Positions 53,811 to 64,000 of a stretch of DNA of 64,000 nt are shown piece by piece. Location of the stretch: assembly GCA_028534125.1 (NCBI GenBank), contig CM052842.1:248001-312000 (forward strand). The letters run 5' to 3'. The notes beneath the pieces were generated by a model. It saw nothing but the letters and a program-made list of their open reading frames with translations. It had not been told where the DNA came from and made no database searches. Source of the stretch: Lama glama (taxonomy: Eukaryota). Both the position numbers and the translations under genes were made by a program. Within the stretch, counting starts at the first letter, position 1. Each line of letters begins with the position of its first letter.

Positions 53811-53990
53811 GAGGGCAGGTGGGGGCCGTGGAGGGCAGGTGGGGGAGCGTGGAGAGCAGGGGGAGCCGCGGAGGGCAGGTCGGGGGCACGGAGGACAGGT
53901 GGAGGACGTGGAAGGCAGGTGGGGGCCATGGAGGGCAGGTGGAGGACGTGGAGGGCAGGTGGGGGTCACGGAGGGCAGGTGGGCGGCACG
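53811..53990. repeat. G-rich minisatellite, 20-bp unit GAGGGCAGGTGGGGGCCGTG x ~9
   Basis: Units recur at ~20-bp period from 53811 with point variants. Confidence 0.92.
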
Positions 53991-55589
53991 AGCCCTGGGG
54001 GTTGCATGGTTTCCGAGCCGTGTGAAGGTAAACCTCTTTGAAACAACTCCTAAGTGCTGTTTAGGGAGGGCAGGTGTGAGCACACCTGCTGGGTATCAGG
54101 TAGGGCCTTGCAAGGCAGAGATGTCGAGGGGACAGTAGAAGAACTGGCCTCAGCCCAAAAGGCCGCGGGAGCCACAGGGGCTCTCAAACGACTAAGGGTG
54201 TGCCCAGATCCGGGGACTAGGGGGCCTCACGGAGAGACACTGGGGCCCGCATGCCTACCCAGCAGGGGATGGACACGAGAGGCCAAGAGTAAGAGGATGA
54301 GGGCTGGATAGGCTGTTGGATGCAAGGAAAGGGGCAGCAAGGGGCACACAGAGGAAGGAGGGCCCTCAGAAGTGGGACCGAGCCGTGTCTGAGGTAAGCA
54401 GGGGCCAGGAAGCCCAGAAGCGAGCAGTCAGCAGAGGTACAAACAGGAGAGCCAGAATGGCCACGCAGGGCCCCCGGGGAAAGCCTGCTTGAAAGGACAG
54501 CAGGTGGCCACCTGGAACCACAGAGAAGGACCCTGCCTCTCCTCACAGCAAAATCAATTCCAGAAGGACCACAGACACAGCTGCAAGGAAAACAAGACCC
54601 AAGGAGTACGAGGAGGAGGCGGGCAGGAGCACCTGCGCAGCTGCAGCAGAGGGGGCCTTCTGAGCTCGACACACAACCCAGAAACCAAAACCATTCGACT
54701 CACTAGATTCTTCAAACATCTGCACTGTAAAAACCAAAACAAAACCTACAAAATCAGAAGGCAGATGGTCAACCAAGTAAAAACATTTACAACAAACACG
54801 ACAAACAGGTCCTCATGTCAACTGTGATGGCATTGAAAAGAGCAGAATCCCATTAAAAACACCCAGGCAGAGGCTCCCTGAAAGTTCACACAAGCCAACG
54901 AGAAGCAGGACACGAGTGCGGACAGCACATGGGCTGGACCACAGAGACAGGATGCCAGCCCCCAAGAATGCCCATGAGGCGTCCACCACAGTGCAGAAGG
55001 CCTTAGACCCGCTATGTCAAGAAACTGCCCCGCCCCACACACCTCTGAACCGCAGAATGCAGTGCTGACAGGTGAACTTCCAGGTGGGGCCGCGGCCATG
55101 CTCCGTGCTGCCTCACTGTCACCATTCCCAGGTGTGGGGCTCTAAGTTTTCTGCCTTTTGCTGAGCAGCAGTCCACTACATGCCTGTACCCTCACTTACA
55201 TAGCCTGCTACCTGAGGGACGGGGCAGTGGGCGTGGGCCTGTGAAAGAGGCTGTTGTGAATGCCCTGTACGCAGACCCTGGTGCACAGCAGGCTACACAA
55301 CATGACTCAATGGATGGCACAGCTATTTCCAAGCGCTGCACCAATTTATACTCCCATCAGCAAGGGAGAAACATCCCAGCTGCTTTACAGATGACATATT
55401 CTTTCTGTCAGTCTGGTGCACGGGCAGTGGTATCTTCCCACATTCAATGTGCAGTTCTCTGGGCATTAATTGGGTGAGATATCTTTCCAAAGACAAGTCT
55501 CCTATATTCTCTTCTAAAAGCAGGAGAGTTTGTGCCCCACTCAGGTCTGCAGTCCACTAGGGGCTGATGTTTGTAGACAAAGTAGGGAT

Positions 55590-56036
55590 CTGTGCTGGTT
55601 TTAAAATATGCCCGTAAAGTACTTGATACATCTCCCTTCAGAAGGTGGGGCCTGACTCCCCTCCCCTTGAATGTGGACTGCACTGAGTGACTGGCTTACG
55701 ATGAACAGAGTACGACAGAGCGCACAGCGTGTGCCGACCAAGGTGAGGGGGTGAGGGGCACTGCGACTTCCTCCTAGCTTTCTTTTCGGTCCCTCGCACT
55801 GGGGAAGCCAGCCCGTGTCATGAGGACTCGAGCCGGGCCCCGGGGCTGGTGAGGGAGCCCCCTCGAAAGCAGACCCTCCTGCCAGGGGAGCCTGCAGCAG
55901 GTGCATGAGTCCCAGGCAGGGCGTCAGCCACGCTGCACCCCGGAGCCCGACTCGCAGAGACTGCGGGATTACAAATTGGTTTCAAGCCGCTGTATCTAGG
56001 GGGCAGTGTGTTGCCAGTCAGTATATGTCTAGTACA
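55590..56036 (+). mobile_element. MaLR (MLT1-type) solo LTR
   Basis: 'tttaaaatatgcccgtaaagtacttgata…ccccttgaatgtggactg…gtttcaagccgctg…tagtaca' MLT1-like termini. Confidence 0.7.
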
Positions 56037-58475
56037 GGCCCCAAGTTCCTTCCTCGGCCACGTCTATACCCAGCTGCCCCAGCGCCATTACGTAAAAGCG
56101 GCTTCTCCCCACTGCTCTGCAGTGCCACCCTGGCAGTAAATTAGTTCCTACAAATATGCAGGCTTCGTAACACGTCTCCCCTCTGGCGCCCCAGCCCTCT
56201 TTGGGGGCAGGGGTGCTGGCCGGCCTACTCCCTCTGGGCTTCTGGTCTCAGCTTCCTTTCTGACCCTAATGTGAGGTCTATGTCCTTTCTCGTGGGTCTC
56301 AATTCACATCACGCTTCCTCAGCAGAACGCTCAGCAGCAGAACCACGCGAACCTGGAGCTACTCTGTGGCTGGGACACAGGAGTGAGCTTCATCCGGCTC
56401 AGGTGCACTTGCCCGGCCAAGGCTCCTGGGAGGGGGCCCGTGTGGACCACTCCACAAGGGGAGGGGTCTCCCCCCAAATCAGGGAGGTTCCAAATCTCCC
56501 TCCTCCATTTCCTTCCCCTTGCCACCCAGCTCTGAAATAAATCTACTAACTAACTCACAGCAACGTGTCAGAAACCTCACTGGCCAAATGAAAGAAGTCA
56601 GCAGCTGGAGGTATCTGCATTTGCAAAGAGACTCCTGGGGAACTGAGGACAAAAGCCGGCCCATAGCCAGGAGGAGGAAGGACTGGGGCTTCCTTCCCAG
56701 AGGCAGGGCCACAGGCTGTAGTCAGCACTTTAGCCTGGTGCTCTGATGGGCCACAACCCCACTGCATAGATTTGGAAATTAAGGTCTGTCAAGTACAGCA
56801 GTGTCCAAACAAAACCACAAAAGTGGGCTTTGGAGGGGCCAGCGTGGTAACCCTGGGTCAGCTCTGCCTCAAAACTTCCCCACAAGGATGTGGGGCCTGG
56901 GGGCAGGCAGTGCTAAGGGCTCTGAGGGCCAGGATGCTGCCAGGAGCACAGGGCCCCAGGGCTCTGGAAGGAAGAGGCACTTAGGCTACGCAGCCTTAGA
57001 AGAGCTGTGTGGGTCTAGATGGCCAACTGAGTACATGTGTCCCCACAATGAGACCCCCACAAACCTAGGGGCACCCAGAAGAGAGTTTATGAACAGTTTA
57101 CACACTTCTGCAGGCTGATGGAAGCAGGGCGGGAGCCCCAGGGCAGAGGAGGCCTGCACAGGAGGCGTCCAGGGAACGACCCGAGGCCAGAGACACTCCA
57201 ACATATGAAAAAGGGGACTTCTTCACATGTGACACACAACGCAGCAGAGTCCCGTGATCCTGAAGCCAGATCAGAACACTATTCCTCTAAGGGTACAAGG
57301 CCACTGGGGCCACTGGTGAGACACAGTCTGTGCACACAGCCCGGCTCTGCAGACAGAATGGCTGACATCTTTCCCAACTGCCGCACTGCAGGACAGTGAC
57401 AGAGGCACAGAACAGAATGTGACTCTGTCAACACGCAGGCGTAAGAATCAAGGCCTGCGCCACAGAATTGAACACTGGGGCTCAGATGTTCGTCACCAGT
57501 GTCACAGCAGCATTAGTCACAATAGCTGAAAAGCAAAAACAACTCAAATGTCCATCGACAGATGAATAAATAAACTGTGGCAGATACATACAATGGAATA
57601 TTCAGCCACAACAAGGAATGAAATCCTGATAAGTGCTACAAACGTATGATTTCCCCTTACATGAGGCACTTGGAATAGGTAAATTCAGAGAAAACAGAAT
57701 GCTGGTTGCCAGGGGCTGGGGGAGGGGAGTAAGGAAGAAGTGTTGAATGGACAGTTTCTGCTTCAGGTGATTAAAAATTTCTGGAAATAGAAAGTGATGA
57801 TAGTTGTGCAACACTCTGAATGTATTTAACGCTAAAAAAAATTAATTCAACAAGACAGACCACATGCTGAAACGTAACACAAGATACAATAATTTTACAA
57901 GGAATGGAAGCACAGAGAATGCTCACTGACCAGTGGAATTAAACTAGAACACATCTGGAAAAACTCCCAAATACTGGGAAACTCTGAAGCATACTTCTAA
58001 GTAATCCACAGGCTAAGGAAGGAATCAAAATGGAAGTCAGAACCTATTTTAATCTGAATGATCATGAAAACATAACAAATACGTGAGATACAGTCACAGC
58101 AGGGCTTTGAGGGAAACTCTACCTTTGAATGCTTACTGTAACAAGAAAGGTCAAATCAATGGACCAAAGCTTCCAACTTAGTAAGAAGCTAGAAAAAGAG
58201 GAGAAAACTCAACCCAAAGGAAGTAGAAGGAAAGACTAATAAAGACAAGAACTAGTGAAATAGACAACCGAGAAAAACACTGCAACTGAAAGCTGTTCCC
58301 TTGAAAATATCGATAAAATCAATAAAAACTCCCACTAAACAGACCAAGAGCAGCCAAAAACTACCAATTTCATGAAAGAAAAATGGGGACTTCACTACAG
58401 ATCCAACAGACAATGAAAAGGATAAAAATGGGAATGTTCTGAACAATTTATGATAATAAACTTAACAACTTAGGT

Positions 58476-58687
58476 CGGGGGTGGACAAAATATAGCCCAT
58501 GGGCCAGATCAGTCCACCGTCTGTTTTTGCAAGTGAAGTTTAATTAGGAGACAGACACGCTCACTTGTTCATGCAGCATCTATGACTGTTTTGCTACAGT
58601 AAGAGTTAAGTGGCTACAACAGAGACCACGTGAAAAGCCTAAAATATGTCCTGTTTGGCCCTCTATAGAAAAAAGTTGCCATGCTTG
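58476..58687 (+). mobile_element. MER58A-like hAT-Charlie DNA transposon
   Basis: 'ggggtggacaaa…gcccatgggccagatc…tgtttttg…acagagacc…aaagcctaaaata…ggccctctatagaaaaaagttgcc'. Confidence 0.75.
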
Positions 58688-59681
58688 ACTTATGATGAAT
58701 AGGCAAATTACCCAAGTGAAGCAAATTATCAAAATGGGCTCAAGAAGAAATAGAAAATCTGAACAGTGGTGTATCTATTGGATGAATTAAATCTGCCCTT
58801 AAAATTTTTCCCACAGAGAAACTCCAAGCCCAGATGGCTCTACTGGCAAATTTAATCAGACTCTTTGAAGATAAAGTAATACAGAATCTACAAAATGCTT
58901 TCTGACAACAGAAGAGAAAGAAACACATCACAGCTCCTTTTGTGAGACCAGTATTACCCTGACTCCAAAACCAAAGACATGACAAGAATACTACAGACTG
59001 ATTTCTTCATGAACAGCTGCAAAAATCCTTTCTAAAATGTTACCCAATTGAATCCAGCAATATATAAGAAGGCTACTACATCTGACCAGGTGGTTTATTC
59101 CAAGAGTGAAAGATTGGCTTAACATTTTAAAAATCAACATAGTTTACTATTTTAAAAAATACAATCAAATCAATAGAAACAGGAAAAGCATTTGGGAAAA
59201 TTCAAAAATCCACTCATGGTTTTTAAAAAATTAGAAAACTAGGAATAGAAAGAAAATTCCTCAACCTGATAAAGGGCATCTCCAGAAACCTAGTTAAACC
59301 CTGCCTAACAGTGAACAATTGAACACTTTCTCCCCAGGACTGGCAGCAAGACAAGGATAGCTACTCTCACCACTCCTGCTGGACACTGTACTCAAGTCCT
59401 AGCCAATGCACGAAGGCAAGAAACAAAAAGCACACAGATTAGAAAGGAAAATGTAAACCTCTTTAGCTGCAGAAGGCATACAGCAAAATATGTAGAAGAT
59501 ACGTAGAAAGTCTTTTAAAATCTGTATTAGGGTGACTAAAATAAATAGGTATATTTAGCAAGGTTCTGGCTACAAGGACATGTCAAAGTCGAATTTATGT
59601 CTGCACTGGAAACAAATGACTGGAAAATGTAAAATGTTAAACACGTCATTTACAAAATTAGTATCACAAAACATGGAATAC

Positions 59682-60141
59682 TGTGACACCCCCTTCAAAT
59701 GACAGAGTCTAACCTCTTCCGCTTGAATGTGGGTTGGACTTAGTGCCTCACTTCTGACACAATGAAGATGCAAAGCTTCAGGGACCAGGGCCCAAAAGGC
59801 AAAGCAGCCTCTCATTTGTGCTCTGGGACCTTGGCCCTGAGGACACTGGCTCTGGTGCTGACATAAGGAGTCTAGTAAAGGGCCACGGGTGGGAACCGTG
59901 TCCTCCTGAGGACAGCCGTGGGAGGGTGCCCCGGCAAGCCCACCCCACAGCCCAGCCCAGCCCTCAAATGACCAGCCTGGCTGATCGTCCCAACTGCAAC
60001 CACAGGAGACCCTGAACCGGAACACCCCAGCTAAGCCATTTTAAATTCCTGACCTACAGCAGCTATGAGATAGTAAACATATATTGTTTTAATTCAGTAT
60101 ATTTTAGGGTAATCGGTTATATACCAATACATAATTAATAC
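59682..60141 (+). mobile_element. MaLR (MLT1-type) solo LTR inserted in L1
   Basis: 'gcttgaatgtgggttggacttagtg…cccagctaagcc…attcctgacctacag…taataca'. Confidence 0.75.
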
Positions 60142-61774
60142 AGAGACCTAAATAAACGGAGAAATAGGTACCATGCTCTGTATACTGTCCAAATGTCAAT
60201 TCTCCTCCAGATATATCTGTAGCTTTAATACAATTGCAATCAAAATGCCAGTAAGCCTTTTTGGACAAATTGACAAGCTAATTCTAAAATTTAGATAGAA
60301 CTGCATAGTATCTTGAAGAGCCAAAAATGATCTGAAAAAGAAACATCAAGTTGGAGAATTAACACTACTCAATCTCAAGCCTCCTTATAAAGCTACAATA
60401 GTCAAACCTGTGGGATCCTAGCAAGATCAACAAACAGACTAGAGAATCCAGAAACACCCCACACATACTGTCATGACTTTCAACAAAGGTGTTAGGTAAT
60501 ACAATGCGAGCAGGCTCGTCTTCAAAAACGGGCATTGGAATGACTGGGTATCCATGGAAAACAATGAACAATGACCCTTGACCTCTACTACACCATGAAA
60601 GAACACAAACCACGAAGAAAAAAACTGACAAACTGGACTTCATTAAAAGTGAAAGTGTCTGCTGCTCAAGACACTGATAAGAAAAAAGTCAAGCCACAGA
60701 CTGTGAGAACGTATTTGCAACATGTTTATCTAGCCTAGGACTTGCATCCTGAATATATTAAGAATTCTGAAAGCCTGAGAAGAACAACCCATTTTTTAAG
60801 GGGAAAAGATTTGGACACGTCACAAAAGATAAATAGCCACTACAATAAGTACACGGAAAGTTGTTCAACACCAGGCGTCAGCGAGGAAAGGCCCATCAGG
60901 GCACAAGGAGTGCGAGCGTGCACCCCAAGAATGGCTAAACTGTAAAAGGGCACCAGGAGAATGCGGGGCGCCTGGGAACGAGCAGCGGTACGACCACCTT
61001 GGAAGAGTCTGGCCCTTTCTTACCAAGTTACACACACACACCTTCACACACACCCAGCATTTCTACCATCTCAACCCAAGGGAGATAAAGCACATGTCCA
61101 CACAAAACCTTGTAGACAAGAATGTTCACAGCAGTTTCATTCACAACAGCCCCAAGAGGGAAAGAATGGAAGTGTCCATCCGCAGGTAGGTGCACAGATG
61201 AAACAGTGCTATGTCTACACAGCAGAATACCAGACCATTCAGCAAGAAACAGAGTAAACTACACAGACAAGCAGCAATCTGAATGTCCAAAATGGTGTGT
61301 CTGGCCAAAGAAGCCAGACACAAAAGTGTTCATTTCATGATTCCATTTATGTGAAATTTTGAAAAAAGGGATGATGAATCTGTAGAAACAGAAAGCCACT
61401 CAGTGATTGCCTGGGGCCAGGAGGAGGGAGGGCAGACCACAAAGAGGGATGAGGGAACATTTGGGGCGACACAAATGTTCCATGTGTAAATCATGGTAGT
61501 GTTTACAGGGTGTACATATACATCTAGCAAAACCCACTGAATTATTTCATACAGGTACATTTTATTGCATGTAAATTATGCCTCAATAAAGTTTGATGTA
61601 AAAAAATGAAAATATACAACAGCAGTTTCACCCTGGCCTCTAAACCCTGCCTGGTCGGCCCCTCCCACCCGTCTCCACAGTTCCCACTCAGCACCAGCCT
61701 GCTCCCTGCCCCTGCCCTCGGCATCTGGGCTCCACATTGCAGTGGCTGGGATCAGTCAAGTTCCTCGACCTCTT

Positions 61775-61880
61775 TTCAATCAGTTTCCACATCTGTAAAT
61801 GGAACAGCGGTGCCCTCTTTATAAGGTTCTTGTAAGGATCCAGTGAGTTAACACACATGCATCTTTGGTGTTTGGCACAG
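61775..61880 (+). mobile_element. MIR fragment
   Basis: 'tcagtttccacatctgtaaatgg…gttcttgtaaggat…gagttaacacacatg'. Confidence 0.6.
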
Positions 61881-62135
61881 GGGTTGGCAGGGTATGCCCA
61901 CTGTCTGCTTCTGTGGCTCACGGGCTAAAAATGGCTTTTACCTTTTTTAATGATTGGAAAAAATAAAAACAATATTTTGTGACACATGAAAATTGTATGA
62001 AATTCAAATTTCTGGGTCTATCCATAGTTTTGTTGAAACAGCACATTCACTGACGCCCTGTCTGCAGCTGCTTTTCCACAAGTTGGCAGAACAGAGACTG
62101 TGTGGCCACAAAGCCCAAAATACTTTACTCCCAGC
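61878..62135 (+). mobile_element. MER58B-like DNA transposon
   Basis: 'gctaaaaatggcttttac…gtgacacatgaaaattgtatgaaattcaaatttc…acagagactgtgtggccacaaagccc aaaata'. Confidence 0.7.
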
Positions 62136-64000
62136 CCATCCCAGACACACTCCGTCATCCTGATCTGCCACCTTCATCATCACTCCCACTGTGCATGAGC
62201 TGCTCCTTTGGTCTGGAAAGTTCTTCCACCAGATCTCAGGCTAGCTCTTCCCTTCTTGTCACTGAGATCTTAACTTAAACGTTACCTCCTGAGAAGTATT
62301 CTGCGGCTACCTTGTCACTCTCCTGTCTTTTCACCCTACTTTCATTTTTGACCCTATTGACTGTTTTCTTCCCTGAACCAGGTGCCTGACTTGCGGAGGC
62401 ACCAGGGGAGCAGCACAGACTGAAACACAGGAGACTGTGAGCTTATGACTGAGTGGGCAGGACAGAAAAGGATATCCCTCTGTGGCGTGTGCGGCTGTGA
62501 CACGTCTACTGCCCAGCCACCCTGAGCTCAGCCCAGAGGAAACACTGGTGGTCTGCCAGCCACGGCAACGCTCTGCCCCAAGCCTTGCCCACACAGGGAG
62601 GGACATTCAAACCTGCCCAGACAGTGCGCAAGGCTCTGCAGGAGCCCCACCCTTCATTTGAGTCCTGGAGTCCTGGAGGCTCCCAAGGGCCACCCACATC
62701 CACACCCTGCTCCTCCTTCCAAAATGGAAGGAGGTTCTAGCAGGTGGGTGGGGTTGAAACCTATAAAGCTTGCCACACAAAATCAACAATAGCCAAGGTC
62801 AAGGATTGCTCAAGGTCTCAGGGAGCCCCTGGCATGGGAACACAGGGCTGAGATTCCGTCCCAGCCACACAGTGGTGCCGCCACCTGATCTCCACCTCCA
62901 CCCTGCAGCCCCGTCCCTTTCCACTTTCCTGGACCTCCCCTGCCCCATCCACAACCTCCTGACTCTCTGCTGACCCTGCCACTTAAGCCAACTCCAATCC
63001 CCCCATCTCCCACACACACCCTCTCCTCCTTATTGGAAGCTCTTTGAAGACCCGTCTGCAGGCCCTGTCTCTGCAGCCCCACCTCCCATGCACTCCTCTG
63101 TAGCACCAGTCTGCCTGATCTCTGTCACCACCAAGGAAGGATGCAGCCCAGAATCCGCCAGGGACCATCAGGCCTCGCAGTGTTCCTGGCAAAGGAGCCC
63201 ACGCCCCTCTCCATGGGGCCCTCTCCCCAGGGAATCTGTGGAACTAGACTTTCCTGTACCTCTATGTCCTTTTTCCTCAATGTGCTGTGCTGGCAAGGAT
63301 TTGCCCGAGGCCGCACAGCTTGGAAATGGTGGGGGGAGGTTCCCACCCTTCCTTCCACCACCACAAAGGGATTCAGTATGGTGGTGGCATGACACACATG
63401 TGGAAAGGTGATCAGGGCTGGGGTCAGGGGGCAGAGGTTGGGGGCTAGTCTGCAAAGACAGGAGTGTTATCCTGAAGTCTGTGAGGAAGATTTCAAGGAG
63501 ACTTCAAGAATCAAATCTGCATTTCAGACCCATCAACCCTGGCAGGTGAGAAGGATAAAGTCAAGGGGCTGAGACAGAGCCAAGAAGATCAGTAGGAGCA
63601 AATGCTCTGAACTCAGAAGGAAATAAGGAGCCCCAGCAGCAGGCTACTGGGCAGGGGGATGGAAAGCAAGGGCCGGGATCAGGGGTATTTAGGCGGAAGT
63701 TTGGAAGGAGCCTGAAGGTGGGAAGACACTGCCAGCTAGATGTCTGGCTTTGGCCAACAGGTAGACTGTGGTAGAGGCTTTGGGCTGGGTCACCAGAGCC
63801 TCACCTGAGACTGAGTTTCCAAAACTGCATGCAGTGGAGACAAGACCCCAGCGTTGAGCCCACAGATACAAGGGCCTCCTTCCTAGCAGCCTGCCAGCTC
63901 AGGCAACCTTCTGAGGAGAGCAGAGTCTAGGATGAACCAGTGGAGAGCCTACAAGGAGGTGAGGACAGTCCTGCTAAAGCTTCCTCATCCCATTCTGAGC

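Larger units (their letters stand above)
57470..61610 (+). mobile_element. Old LINE-1 (ORF2 through 3'UTR, decayed), interrupted by MER58A and MLT1 and preceded by a separate L1 3' fragment
   Basis: ORF2 hallmarks ('ttcctcaacctgataaagggcatc', 'acaaggatagctactctcacc', 'aagctaattctaaaattt', 'aaactggacttcattaaa'); 3' end aataaa at ~61586. Confidence 0.88.

Noticed and set aside
53811-53990. CRISPR-like repeat array (also 1401-1560)
   Set aside because: Eukaryotic context, no unique spacers, no cas genes; ordinary tandem repeats.

Overview
Mammalian, GC-rich, gene-dense genomic DNA syntenic with human 8q24.3. It is probably a camelid, inferred from a Vic-1-like tRNA-derived SINE. Gene order: 3' part of ARHGAP39 (+), C8orf82 (+), LRRC24 (+), LRRC14 (-), RECQL4 (+), MFSD3 (-), GPT/ALT1 (-), PPP1R16A (-, all coding exons). 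49-64 kb is repeat-rich, probably PPP1R16A 5' intron (L1, MLT1, MER58, MIR, a 20-bp minisatellite). I traced exons by hand through GT-AG sites. All seven complete genes give intact frames (223, 512, 493, ~1209, 412, 496, 522 aa). Three N-gaps are present, two inside ARHGAP39 exons. I found no convincing new multi-gene system, and most ORF-track entries are GC-rich noise. The most notable observations are: (1) a promoter-like CRE-10bp-CCAAT/NRF1 module just after the LRRC24 stop that copies the architecture of the LRRC14/RECQL4 bidirectional promoter; (2) a knot of overlapping C8orf82/LRRC24/LRRC14 transcripts; (3) RECQL4 differences from human: an extra intron, an extra 96-nt exon and a Cys-to-Tyr change in the zinc knuckle; (4) two substitutions in conserved PLP-binding motifs of GPT. 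Human and mouse comparisons come from recalled sequences and need alignment to confirm.
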